From Minisyncoccia bacterium (GTDB lineage Bacteria; Patescibacteriota; Minisyncoccia; Phycocordibacterales; UBA918), in assembly GCA_041736805.1 (NCBI GenBank), contig JBGSSW010000008.1, forward strand, positions 2,897-66,896: a stretch of 64,000 nucleotides of DNA. The letters are read 5' to 3'. Positions 27,093 through 37,029 of this stretch are shown here, in pieces. The position numbers and the translations under genes were made by a program. The stretch's first letter is position 1, and the number at the start of each line of letters is the position of its first letter. The notes beneath the pieces were generated by a model, which was given only the letters and a program-made list of their open reading frames with translations, ran no database searches and had not been told where the DNA came from.

Positions 27093-27156
27093 AAATATAA
27101 ACTCACGTTGAGTTTAGTTCTTATTAACGTTCAGCAACTTTTCTAGGAGGGAAACG

Positions 27157-27588
27157 ATGAGCTCTAATGTTTTCCAGGTTAACTTTTACAGTAAACCAGC
27201 CGAAGCTACTGAAAATCTCAATCAAAAACACATTGATTTGATTGAAATGGTGCTTAGTCTTTTAAAACAGGGCTTTAAGAGGGTTGATATAGGTCAAAAA
27301 ATTGGTTTGACGCATTGGCAGGTGGGAAATTACATCAGGCTGGGCAAGCTTGATCCAAAGGTAATGAAAATGCTCCAAACCGAAATCGGCGGCCGGCGCA
27401 GTAAAAAAGATAGGGAATTCAAGCGAAAAACCCTTATCTCATTCAGAATGGCTATAGAAATTGCCAGACTGAGAGCCGAGGAGCAGTTTCCTTTTGCTCA
27501 GATGTTAGTGGAAAAAAGACTAGGAAATGTATCCGCTCGCGTCTTAGTGAATGAAAAGTTAAACACAATAAAGAACCTAGCAATCTGA
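27157..27588 (+). CDS. hypothetical protein (possible HTH, upstream of pilus cluster)
   Basis: ORF of 143 aa with a strong RBS. Confidence 0.4.
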   Translation: MSSNVFQVNFYSKPAEATENLNQKHIDLIEMVLSLLKQGFKRVDIGQKIGLTHWQVGNYIRLGKLDPKVMKMLQTEIGGRRSKKDREFKRKTLISFRMAIEIARLRAEEQFPFAQMLVEKRLGNVSARVLVNEKLNTIKNLAI

Positions 27589-27644
27589 ATTGATTGACCC
27601 TCTTGAATTAAGGTTAATTTTGGTTCAGATGGCACAGTGGTAAC

Positions 27645-27700
27645 CCCACAACGTTATTTATGCTTGAGCATGAAAGACGTTGTGGGGATTCTTCGTTTTG
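27645..27700. terminator. terminator hairpin with large loop
   Basis: ccccacaacgt...acgttgtgggg followed by attcttcgttttg. Confidence 0.5.
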
Positions 27701-27731
27701 TAAAAAAATAATTGTGGGAATTAGTTAGGAC

Positions 27732-29546
27732 TTGTTGTTTGCAATGATGATACAATATAAACAAGTAGCTCTTATTAGCTCATTTGGAATTGTTGTGCGA
27801 ATACAAGATGAACAACTCAAGCGTTTCGTTCTTGATGCTGGCTTAATCAAAAAGTCAGATATTGCGGCTGTGGAAAAAATAGCCAAAGATGAACGACGTA
27901 CTTTAGCTGAGGCTTTAATTGCCCAAGGTCATATGACTGAGGATGATATGCGCCGAGTTGAATCATATGTACTCGGGGTTCCATTTGTCTCGCTTAAAGA
28001 CACCAAGATTGATTTTGAGGTTTTAACCATGATTCCGGAGCCGGTGGCCCGGACGCATAATATTATTGCTTTTCGAAAGACTGAAAAGGAACTAGAGGTG
28101 GCCATGCTTGATACAGCAGACTTACCAGCGATAGATTTCGTCAAGAAAAAAGTTGGTCTAAGAATCCTCCCTCGTCTGACTGACACTGAATCAATGCGGG
28201 GGGCTTTGCGTCAGTACCAGAAAACCCTCAAGGATGAATTTGGCGAGATTATCATGAAAGACGCATCAGCCCTAAAAGTTATTGCTGATCAGAGTGGAGA
28301 AGAACTTTCCGAAAAAGACCTTAAGAAAATGGCCGAAGATTTACCAGTGGTGCGCATTGTCGATACTTTGCTTCGACATGCCATTATTCAGGGTGCATCG
28401 GATATTCATATTGAACCAATGGAAGAAGAAGTCGTAGTTCGCTATCGTATTGATGGTATTTTGAGTGATGCTATGAAGTTACCTAAGCACGCCGCTGGGA
28501 CATTGGTCGCTCGTATTAAAGTCCTTTCAAATCTTAAGTTGGACCAAAAAAGACTACCGCAAGACGGTCGTTTCAAGATGGAAATGGACGGACAGAAAGT
28601 GGCTTTCCGGGTCTCGATGTTACCGGTTTTCTTTGGTGAAAAAATCGTTATGCGTTTGCTAAGGGAAAGTCGAAGTGGATTTTCTTTAGAAGGAATTGGT
28701 TTTCATGGGACTACTTTGGAAAGGATTCACAAAGCCACCAGAGCTACAACAGGAATTATTTTAGTAACCGGTCCGACTGGCTCAGGTAAGTCTACTACAC
28801 TTTATACTATACTAGATTTACTAAATTCACCCGAGGTAAATATCTCTACGATTGAAGATCCGATTGAATACCAAATGCCGCGCGTGAACCAAAGTCAGGT
28901 TAAGCCAGAAATCGGGTTCACTTTTGCGGCTGGACTCCGTTCTTTAATGCGGCAAGACCCTGACATCATCATGGTGGGGGAAGTTCGTGATGAAGAGACG
29001 GCGAGCCTAGCAATAAACGCAGCTTTAACTGGACACTTGGTGTTAGCTACTGTGCATACCAATTCAGCTTCGGGGACGGTAGCTCGGTTGGTAGATATGG
29101 GAGTAGAGACTTTCTTGTTAGTTTCAACATTACGGGTAGCAATTGGCCAGAGACTCGTGCGCAAGTTAGCAGATGATAAGTTGCCCTATACTCTGACTAA
29201 GGCTGAGCGGGATGAACTTTCTTCTCATGTAGACCTTAATTCAGTTTTAAATACTCTGAAGGAAGAAAAAATTGTTAAGGATAGCGCAACATGGAATGAT
29301 ATTCCTTTTTATCGGCCAAAAGAAAAAGGTCAAACCGAAGATGGTTACAAAGGCCGAATGGGAATTCATGAAGTATTAGAGGTGACTTCAACAATTAAAG
29401 ATATGGTCATGTCGGGTAAGACTGGCGATGAGATAGAAATACAAGCTAGAAAAGAAGGAATGCTTACTATGCTTGAGGATGGTATTTATAAAGCCGCTAA
29501 GGGACTTACTAGTATTGAAGAAGTTCTACGAGTAATTAATGAGTAA
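27732..29546 (+). CDS. pilB: type IV pilus assembly ATPase PilB (GspE family)
   Basis: Walker A (GPTGSGKST), Asp box and His box (TVHTNSA), N-terminal GSPII_E_N-like region. The start is possibly 27744. Confidence 0.9.
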   Translation: MLFAMMIQYKQVALISSFGIVVRIQDEQLKRFVLDAGLIKKSDIAAVEKIAKDERRTLAEALIAQGHMTEDDMRRVESYVLGVPFVSLKDTKIDFEVLTMIPEPVARTHNIIAFRKTEKELEVAMLDTADLPAIDFVKKKVGLRILPRLTDTESMRGALRQYQKTLKDEFGEIIMKDASALKVIADQSGEELSEKDLKKMAEDLPVVRIVDTLLRHAIIQGASDIHIEPMEEEVVVRYRIDGILSDAMKLPKHAAGTLVARIKVLSNLKLDQKRLPQDGRFKMEMDGQKVAFRVSMLPVFFGEKIVMRLLRESRSGFSLEGIGFHGTTLERIHKATRATTGIILVTGPTGSGKSTTLYTILDLLNSPEVNISTIEDPIEYQMPRVNQSQVKPEIGFTFAAGLRSLMRQDPDIIMVGEVRDEETASLAINAALTGHLVLATVHTNSASGTVARLVDMGVETFLLVSTLRVAIGQRLVRKLADDKLPYTLTKAERDELSSHVDLNSVLNTLKEEKIVKDSATWNDIPFYRPKEKGQTEDGYKGRMGIHEVLEVTSTIKDMVMSGKTGDEIEIQARKEGMLTMLEDGIYKAAKGLTSIEEVLRVINE

Positions 29547-29551
29547 AATAT

Positions 29552-30781
29552 ATGCCTATATTTACTTATGTTGGTGAGGATCAGGAGGGTAAGAAAGTAA
29601 CCCAAAATGTAACTGCCGATGATAGGTATGCGGTTTACGATATCGCCAGAAGCAGTGGACATCGAATTTCAAGCATCGAAGAAAAATCTACTTCAAGCGT
29701 GAAGAATTTTTTGAATATTGAGAAGTTAAATTTGATGCTTAGTCGCGTCAAGACTGATGAACTGGTTATGTTAACCAGAAATCTTGGCTCAATGATTACC
29801 GCTGGACTTACTGTGACGCGGGCACTGTCAGTTATTGAGCGTCAAAGTGAGAACCTAAAAACCAAAAATGTGACCAAAAGGTTGGTGGAGAGAATAAATA
29901 ACGGCGAGCAATTTTTTGAAGCTCTCAAGGAATTTCCAGAAGTCTTCAGTGACTTGTATGTTGCCATGATAAAGTCTGGTGAAGAGAGCGGTAATTTGGC
30001 TGAATCACTTAAGACTTTGTCGGTTCAAATGGAAAGAGCAAGTAGTTTAACGAAAAAGATTAAGGGGGCGATGATTTATCCCACTATCGTCTTATCCATC
30101 ATGGTCATTATTGGTATTTTGATGATGGCTTTCGTAATGCCAAAGATAACGGGCGTTTTTAAAGGTATGGACATGGAATTACCAGCCACGACAAAGTTTT
30201 TGATTGCCACCAGTGATTTCTTTGCTGCAAATACAATTATTACGCTACTAGGTTTGGTTGGATTTGTAGTCGCTGTTATATATTTCTTTCGTTCTAAGAC
30301 AGGAAAGATTGTTTCTTCATGGTTGGTGGTGAAGTTGCCTATAGTCGGAGTTATGGCCAAGGAAACAAACTCAGCGCGTACTGCCAGAACTCTTTCGTCG
30401 CTGCTTAACTCTGGCGTAGACGTTATTCAGGCAATCGAAATTACTGGAGAGGTTGTCCAAAATGTATTTTATAAAAAAGTTTTAGCCGAAGCGGCTTTAC
30501 GAGTAGAAAAAGGTACTCCCTTGTCAGAAATCTTTATTGAGAGAACAGATTTATACCCAATTCTAGTTGGAGAAATGATTTTAGTAGGTGAAGAAACTGG
30601 ACAAATTTCTGGAATGCTTGGGGAGTTAGCTATTTTTTATGAAACTGAAGTAGAAAGAAAGACTAAAGATCTTTCAACAATTATCGAGCCTTTATTAATG
30701 GTGGTTATTGGAGGGGGGGTTGGATTCTTTGCTTTGGCCATGATTGCACCGATCTATTCTATTTCTGATGGCCTAAAATAA
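29552..30781 (+). CDS. pilC: type IV pilus inner-membrane platform protein PilC (GspF family)
   Basis: Two GspF repeats and three TM segments, immediately downstream of pilB. Confidence 0.85.
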   Translation: MPIFTYVGEDQEGKKVTQNVTADDRYAVYDIARSSGHRISSIEEKSTSSVKNFLNIEKLNLMLSRVKTDELVMLTRNLGSMITAGLTVTRALSVIERQSENLKTKNVTKRLVERINNGEQFFEALKEFPEVFSDLYVAMIKSGEESGNLAESLKTLSVQMERASSLTKKIKGAMIYPTIVLSIMVIIGILMMAFVMPKITGVFKGMDMELPATTKFLIATSDFFAANTIITLLGLVGFVVAVIYFFRSKTGKIVSSWLVVKLPIVGVMAKETNSARTARTLSSLLNSGVDVIQAIEITGEVVQNVFYKKVLAEAALRVEKGTPLSEIFIERTDLYPILVGEMILVGEETGQISGMLGELAIFYETEVERKTKDLSTIIEPLLMVVIGGGVGFFALAMIAPIYSISDGLK

Positions 30782-30783
30782 AT

Positions 30784-32529
30784 ATGATTCCTGACAATGT
30801 TAAAAAACATTCTAAAGGATTCTCGCTCGTTGAAGTTTTGGTAGTTATTGGCATCACAGTAATTATTTTTGGAGCCCTGTTTGTGGCTTTTGAATACTCA
30901 CTGAAACTAATTGCTCAGTCTCGAGCAAAACTGACTGCCCTGTCTCTGTCGACAGATAGGGCAGAGTACATAAGGTCTTTACCTTATAGTAGTGTCGGTA
31001 CAGTCGCCGGTATTCCTAATGGAAGTATTCCACAGAATAGAACTGTTACTTTAAATGGAATTAATTTTGCCGAGCGAGTTTTGATTGAATATGTCGATGA
31101 CCCGGCTGATGGTCTTGGGGTCTTAGATAGCAATTCAATTTTGGCTGATTACAAAAAAGTTAAGATTGAATACACTTGGCTAGTTGGTGGAGTAGCTCAG
31201 TCCTTTAGTTTAATAACGAATGTTGTGCCTAAGAGTATTGAAACAACTGCCGGTGGCGGGACCATTAGGGTAAATGTTTTTGACGCCAATGTCTTACCTC
31301 TGCAAGGAATTGATGTTCGCTTGATAAATAACACAACCACATCAACCGTGGATGTTACGAGAAAGACAGACGCTACAGGCACTGCTTTTTTTACTGGCGC
31401 TCCTGCCGCTGCTGGCTATCAGATATTTGTATCTGCTCCTGGTTATTCTTCTGACCAAACTAGAGTGGCAACTACTTCGTTACCCTACCCATTGACCTTG
31501 CCAGTAGCTGTACTTGAAAGTGATGTCTCAACCATGAATTTTCAGATTGATAAGCTCAGTAGCCTAACAATTAAGGTCTTCAATAGTGAGGTAATTAATT
31601 CCAGTGTTGAAAATTTTGATGACTTACTAAGTATGTCCGATGTTAGTAACACTAACATTGTGAGTAGTACATTGGCTTTGACTGAAGTTGGTGGTGTTTA
31701 TGACTTAAATGGTTCTGTCACTTCAAATTTATTAGCGCCAGCCACAATCGAAAGTTGGGGCGTAGCTGAAATAGAAGCAGTCACACCAGGCTCGACTGAT
31801 GTTAGGGTCAGATTTTATTCTAGTACCAGTTCGGCTACTTTAATTCCAGAAACTGACCTGCCCGGCAACCTGGTAGGTTTTTCAACCAATTTTATAAACT
31901 TGAGCGGCTTATCCGTGTCAAGCTACCCAAGCCTAGTGGTCGGGGTATTTTTAAGCACGACTGATACAAGTGTTACTCCAACAGTAGATAAATTAACGAT
32001 TCACTATGTTGAATCTAGAAATGTGGTTTCAGGTGATAATTTAACTATAACCGGCAATAAAGTAATTGGTTCTGATGACTTATTTTCTCCAGTTTATAAA
32101 CTCAGCACTTCAACTGTAACTGATTCAAATGGAGAAGTTCGTCTTGAAAACATTGAATGGGATTCTTATTCAGTGACTCCAGGTGCCGGGTTAGTTATTA
32201 AGGAAGCTTGTTCAGAAAATCCTTTCTCGCTTAATCCTGATACAGATGAATCTCTAAGTTTACTTGTTGGAGCGTCTTCAGCAGACAACTTACGCGTTGT
32301 TGTAAATAACGCTACTGGGGAACGGGTAATAGGTGCAGCCGTAAAACTTAGCCGAGGAGCCTCAGTTTGGAACGCTGATACAAGCTGGTGTGGACAGACA
32401 TATTTTGGCGGTTTAGTAAACGCAGCAGATTACGATTTAGAAGTTTCAGCTGCGGGTTACACAACGCAGTTAATGAGTTCTATAAATGTTTCGGGAGATA
32501 CCGTCCAGACAGTGGTATTGAATCCATAG
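30784..32529 (+). CDS. large prepilin-like protein (class III signal peptide; carboxypeptidase-regulatory-like beta domains)
   Basis: N-terminal KGFSLVEVLVVIGI prepilin motif, 581 aa. Confidence 0.7.
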   Translation: MIPDNVKKHSKGFSLVEVLVVIGITVIIFGALFVAFEYSLKLIAQSRAKLTALSLSTDRAEYIRSLPYSSVGTVAGIPNGSIPQNRTVTLNGINFAERVLIEYVDDPADGLGVLDSNSILADYKKVKIEYTWLVGGVAQSFSLITNVVPKSIETTAGGGTIRVNVFDANVLPLQGIDVRLINNTTTSTVDVTRKTDATGTAFFTGAPAAAGYQIFVSAPGYSSDQTRVATTSLPYPLTLPVAVLESDVSTMNFQIDKLSSLTIKVFNSEVINSSVENFDDLLSMSDVSNTNIVSSTLALTEVGGVYDLNGSVTSNLLAPATIESWGVAEIEAVTPGSTDVRVRFYSSTSSATLIPETDLPGNLVGFSTNFINLSGLSVSSYPSLVVGVFLSTTDTSVTPTVDKLTIHYVESRNVVSGDNLTITGNKVIGSDDLFSPVYKLSTSTVTDSNGEVRLENIEWDSYSVTPGAGLVIKEACSENPFSLNPDTDESLSLLVGASSADNLRVVVNNATGERVIGAAVKLSRGASVWNADTSWCGQTYFGGLVNAADYDLEVSAAGYTTQLMSSINVSGDTVQTVVLNP

Positions 32530-32535
32530 CATATT

Positions 32536-33147
32536 ATGTTTAAGTACTCACAACAAACAGGTTTTACTTTAGTAGAAACTATTATCGTAGTGACTATTTA
32601 TACTATTTTACTACTCGTTATATTTAATAGTATTGATAATTTATACCAAGCAAACAATTACACGATTGCTGAATCAAATGAGATTGATAACGCCAGAAGA
32701 GGACTTCAGTCTTGGTTGAGTGACGTCAGAGAAATGACTTACGCTGATGACGGCACTTTTCCGATGGCAATAATTGAGCCAAACAGAATAGGTTTCTATA
32801 GTGATGTAGATACAGATACTTCTGTCGAATATGTCGAATATGTGCTGTCTTCAACCACACTTTATAAGAATACCTACAAAGCATCTGGCTCGCCACCAGT
32901 ATATAATTTAGTTACACCCAGTAGTGTTGAAAAGTTATCTGAATTTGTACAAAATATTAGCCAAGGAGTACCCACCTTCACATATTCAGATACAAACGGT
33001 GTCTTTTTGAACAGCACCTCATCTCTCTTGACTGACGTTAGATATCTAGAGGTAAGTGTGATTGTAAATATTGATCCACTAAAAAACCCGGGGGAGTTTT
33101 TATTACGCAGCGGAGTTGCGCCCAGGAACCTAAAGGATAATCTATAG
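32536..33147 (+). CDS. prepilin-type N-terminal cleavage/methylation domain protein (minor pilin)
   Basis: N-terminal QQTGFTLVETIIVVTIY. Confidence 0.7.
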   Translation: MFKYSQQTGFTLVETIIVVTIYTILLLVIFNSIDNLYQANNYTIAESNEIDNARRGLQSWLSDVREMTYADDGTFPMAIIEPNRIGFYSDVDTDTSVEYVEYVLSSTTLYKNTYKASGSPPVYNLVTPSSVEKLSEFVQNISQGVPTFTYSDTNGVFLNSTSSLLTDVRYLEVSVIVNIDPLKNPGEFLLRSGVAPRNLKDNL

Positions 33148-33149
33148 CT

Positions 33150-34586
33150 ATGAATATTATTAAAAGTATTAGAGGAAATAAAATTCAGAATTCTGCCCAG
33201 GGTTATTTGTTAGTGTTAGTGTTAGTGTTCGGTTCAATTTTCTTTGTTATCACTACTTCCTTTATTGATTATGTGGTTACTCAGAGCAGGCTGATTGATC
33301 AAAAGGTGGAGCTTCAGAGGTCAATTGATATTGCTGAAGGAGGATTAAATTATTATAAGTGGCACCTAGCTCATTACCCAAACGACACTACTACAAATAC
33401 AGGATCGCACATATATTATGATCCAGAAGGAGCCGCGATTGGAGAATTCTCTTTAACTGTAGCTAGTACTTCTTATTGTGGTGACGTTTCATCTATTAAG
33501 GTTTCTTCGACCGGCTATACCTACACTGATCCTACGGTGGCTCGAACTGTCGAGGCCAGGTACGCCAGACCAAACGTAGCTGAATATTCATATATTATTA
33601 ACTCCAATGTTTGGGCAGGGTCCGATCGTATTATAGTTGGACCCTATCACTCAAATGGGGGTATACGTATGGATGGAAGAAATAATTCAACTGTCACAAG
33701 TGGTCAGGCAAGTTGGACCTGTACAAGTAGTTTTGGTTGTTCGCCAAATAGTACAGAAGATGGAGTTTTCACCACCACAGCCAATCCAAATCCAGCTCTA
33801 TTTTCTTTTCCTTCCGCCCCAATTAATTTTGTCGGCCTAACTATTGATTTAGCTCAAATGCAAGATAAAGCGACAAACTCGGGTGGAATTTATATACCAC
33901 CCTCAGGAGCATACGGTTATCAAATCACTTTTAATAACGGGGGAACGATAACTGTTAGAAGGGTCACTAATACAACTCAGTATTGGGGATATACAACCGA
34001 AGACGCTTGGCAACAAGAAAGACACGTTGTCTCGGCTTTGGGCCCAGCAGTAAACTACAGTGTTTCAAATAACTGCCCGTTAATTTTCGTTCAAGATAAA
34101 GTGTGGTTAGAAGGAGTCGTCGATAAAAAGATTACTATCGCTGCGGCTGACATTGCCTCGGCCGCTATCAGTCCGCAAATAATTTTGAACAACAACATAA
34201 CCTACACTTCAGCTACTTCTTCTGGACTTTTGGCTATTGCTGAAGAAGATGTTTTAGTGGGGCTTAATGTTCCTAATGACATGACCTTAAATGGTATTTT
34301 TGTCGCTCAAAACGGTCGTTTTGGTAGAAATCATTATGTTGCCAATGGAGGCAATGGATTGCCGGCAAGTCTAGACAGTTATGTAATCAGAAATTCACTG
34401 ACCGTTAATGGCACCATTGTTTCAAATGGTCGTGAGGGAACTAAATGGACAAGCGGAGGGATTCACATTTCAGGTTTTGCTAATCGACTTAACAGTTACG
34501 ATAGAAACTTGGTAAGTAGTCCACCACCGTTAGTGCCTAAAACTTCAGATGTATATGTGGTGACAGACTGGAAAGACGTTAGGTAG
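33150..34586 (+). CDS. pilus-associated protein with N-terminal hydrophobic pilin-like helix (PilX-like minor pilin candidate)
   Basis: N-terminal AQGYLLVLVLVFGSIFFV, 478 aa, in the pilus operon. Confidence 0.5.
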   Translation: MNIIKSIRGNKIQNSAQGYLLVLVLVFGSIFFVITTSFIDYVVTQSRLIDQKVELQRSIDIAEGGLNYYKWHLAHYPNDTTTNTGSHIYYDPEGAAIGEFSLTVASTSYCGDVSSIKVSSTGYTYTDPTVARTVEARYARPNVAEYSYIINSNVWAGSDRIIVGPYHSNGGIRMDGRNNSTVTSGQASWTCTSSFGCSPNSTEDGVFTTTANPNPALFSFPSAPINFVGLTIDLAQMQDKATNSGGIYIPPSGAYGYQITFNNGGTITVRRVTNTTQYWGYTTEDAWQQERHVVSALGPAVNYSVSNNCPLIFVQDKVWLEGVVDKKITIAAADIASAAISPQIILNNNITYTSATSSGLLAIAEEDVLVGLNVPNDMTLNGIFVAQNGRFGRNHYVANGGNGLPASLDSYVIRNSLTVNGTIVSNGREGTKWTSGGIHISGFANRLNSYDRNLVSSPPPLVPKTSDVYVVTDWKDVR

Positions 34587-34638
34587 GGTTTGCCTGACTA
34601 TAAAGTAGCCTAAATTAAGTGTGCTACAATTTTCAGAT

Positions 34639-35397
34639 ATGAAAAATGCATCAGCACTAGTAATTGGTAATTGGAAATTGAATCCAGGGACAGCATTGGA
34701 AGCTCAAAATTTGTTTAACAATATCCTAAAAAAATTACCAAAGGATAATCAAACGAAAATAGTTACTGCTCCACCATTTCTTTTTATTCCTGAGCTAGCA
34801 AAAAAACCGACTGATAAAATTTCTTTAGGAGCGCAAGACGTTTTTTATGAAGAGAGGGGAGCTTTGACGGGAGAGATTGGCCCTAGCATGCTGGCAAATT
34901 TTGGGGTCGAATATATCATTGTTGGTCATTCGGAAAGGAGGGCTTTGGGAGAAACAGATGAGCAAGTAAATAAAAAAATCCACGCTATTTTGAAACGACG
35001 GCTTATTCCAGTTGTTTGTATTGGAGAAAGAAACAGAGACCAGCAAGGGCAATTTTTTAATGATGTGGCCACCCAAGTGCGATCTTTGGTACAAGGGCTG
35101 ACTCCTGTACAACTACAAAAGGTAGTTATTGCCTATGAGCCAATTTGGGCCATTGGGACTGGTTTGACGGCTACTGCTGAAGATGTAAAGGAAATGCAGC
35201 TGTTTATAGTCAGCACTTTAACAAAACTTTTTGAAAGAAAATGGGCTGAAAAAGTTCGTTTAATTTATGGCGGCTCAGTCAAAGAAAGTAACGCCAAAGA
35301 CTTATATGAAAACGGAGGAATGGGTGGTTTCTTGGTTGGAGGGGCAAGTTTACAAGCGACGGAGTTCATAGGAATTATTAAAGCCACACAAAAATAA
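34639..35397 (+). CDS. tpiA: triosephosphate isomerase
   Basis: IAYEPIWAIGTG, IVGHSERR, GGASLQ. The ATG at 34639 is preferred over the GTG at 34621. Confidence 0.9.
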   Translation: MKNASALVIGNWKLNPGTALEAQNLFNNILKKLPKDNQTKIVTAPPFLFIPELAKKPTDKISLGAQDVFYEERGALTGEIGPSMLANFGVEYIIVGHSERRALGETDEQVNKKIHAILKRRLIPVVCIGERNRDQQGQFFNDVATQVRSLVQGLTPVQLQKVVIAYEPIWAIGTGLTATAEDVKEMQLFIVSTLTKLFERKWAEKVRLIYGGSVKESNAKDLYENGGMGGFLVGGASLQATEFIGIIKATQK

Positions 35398-35409
35398 TAG
35401 TTTATATTT

Positions 35410-36534
35410 ATGGAATTGAAGTTGATTACTGAGGTAGAAGCGTTGAGGGGTAAAACCGTGATTGTACGTTCGTCCTGTAATGTACCGTTGGTAGATGGAA
35501 AAGTTAGAAATTCTTTTCGTTTAAGGAGAGCGATTCCAACTTTAAAGTATTTGTCGGAGCAAGGAGCTAGGGTCATTGTTATCTCACACATTGGACGAGA
35601 CAAAGAAGAGACACTAAAGCCGGTTTTTGATGAATTATCCCAAACAATACCAATGAAGTGGGGAGGAAATATTTCTGACCCTGGTTTTGCTTCCCTTAAA
35701 AATAAGATGAGAGATGGAGAAATAATTTTTTGTGAAAACCTCCGGCAAAATATTGGTGAAGAAGAAAATAACCAAGACTTAGTTAATTTAATTGCCAGTT
35801 ACGGGGATATCTACGTAAACGACGCTTTTGCTGAGGCTCATCGTGATCATGCCTCTACTCTCGGTCTGGCAGAAGCTCTACCGGCTTATGCGGGGATTAC
35901 CTTGGCAGAGGAAGTAACTGAATTACAAAAAGTCATGCAACCTAAGCACCCGTCACTTTTTCTTTTAGGTGGAGCCAAATTTGAAACCAAGATGCCTCTG
36001 GTAGAAAAATATTTAAAACTCTACGATTTCGTCTTTGTGGGAGGAGCATTGGCTAATGATATGTTGAAGGCTAGAGGATTTGAAGTTGGTGAGTCATTGG
36101 TATCTGATGTTTCATTGGCTGGAGCTAGTTTCCTTTGGGACGAAAAGTTGCTAGTACCAATTGATGTAGTTGTAGAAGGTCCAAATGGAGTTGAGACTAA
36201 GGCGGCTGAGGCAGTTTTACCAAACGAGAAAATATTCGACATGGGTCCAGAAACTGTGACCATGCTTAGTAAGTATATTTTTGAAGCCAAAACCATTTTA
36301 TGGAATGGTCCCTTTGGAAATTACGAAGCTGGTTTTGAAGAGAGTACCGAAGAAGTAGCCAAGCTTATTTCCTCAGCCGAAGCATTTAGTGTACTCGGAG
36401 GGGGAGATACTGTGGCCGCGGTAGAAAAACTAAGTCTCAATGATAAATTTGGTTTTATTTCTATTGGTGGCGGCTCAATGTTGACCTTACTTGAACATGG
36501 TTCAACTCCGGTTTTAGATAGACTAAAGAAATAG
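35410..36534 (+). CDS. pgk: phosphoglycerate kinase
   Basis: SHIGRD-like N-domain, GGGDT and FISIGGGSML C-domain motifs. Confidence 0.9.
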   Translation: MELKLITEVEALRGKTVIVRSSCNVPLVDGKVRNSFRLRRAIPTLKYLSEQGARVIVISHIGRDKEETLKPVFDELSQTIPMKWGGNISDPGFASLKNKMRDGEIIFCENLRQNIGEEENNQDLVNLIASYGDIYVNDAFAEAHRDHASTLGLAEALPAYAGITLAEEVTELQKVMQPKHPSLFLLGGAKFETKMPLVEKYLKLYDFVFVGGALANDMLKARGFEVGESLVSDVSLAGASFLWDEKLLVPIDVVVEGPNGVETKAAEAVLPNEKIFDMGPETVTMLSKYIFEAKTILWNGPFGNYEAGFEESTEEVAKLISSAEAFSVLGGGDTVAAVEKLSLNDKFGFISIGGGSMLTLLEHGSTPVLDRLKK

Positions 36535-36557
36535 AAGATTAGAAAATTAATCTACCT

Positions 36558-36596
36558 AAAAGGGCGGAAGCTTTGCTTCCGCCCTTTTAGGTTTTT
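36558..36596. terminator. bidirectional rho-independent terminator
   Basis: aaaagggcggaagc-tttg-cttccgcccttttag followed by gttttt. Confidence 0.65.
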
Positions 36597-36981
36597 AAAG
36601 CGCAGCTTTAACCTTTTCAGCTAAATCCAGTAAGTCTTTTTCTGCTGCTTCTGTGGTTGGACTGAGTACTAATTTTTCTTGAGTACAAGGATAGAGCTTG
36701 ACGTGGACATGTGGAACTTCAAATCCTTCAACTACCAGACATGTTCTTACTGTACTGAATACTTTATCCAAGGCTCTGGCTACTATTTTGGCGGTAGACA
36801 TTAAAGCGGAGTACTCCTCATCAGTCAGGTCAAAAATATAGGGCACTTGCCTTTTGCTTATTACTACCATTTGGCCAGGAGTAGAAGGAAATTTATCTGG
36901 GATAACAATAACAAAATTATCCTCATAAACTATATTGGCTGGGATTTCTCGATTGATGATTTTGGTGAAAATAGTTTCCAT
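36595..36981 (-). CDS. HIT-like (histidine triad superfamily) protein with variant motif HVHVK
   Basis: IFTKIINREIPANIVYEDN..VIPDKFP.TPGQMVVISKR has HIT-fold N-terminal similarity, but the triad reads H-V-H-V-K instead of HxHxH. Confidence 0.55.
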   Translation of the reverse strand: METIFTKIINREIPANIVYEDNFVIVIPDKFPSTPGQMVVISKRQVPYIFDLTDEEYSALMSTAKIVARALDKVFSTVRTCLVVEGFEVPHVHVKLYPCTQEKLVLSPTTEAAEKDLLDLAEKVKAAL

Positions 36982-37029
36982 AATCAGGTCTAGTATACCG
37001 TAAAGTAGGCCTGTGCTACCATACGCTAC

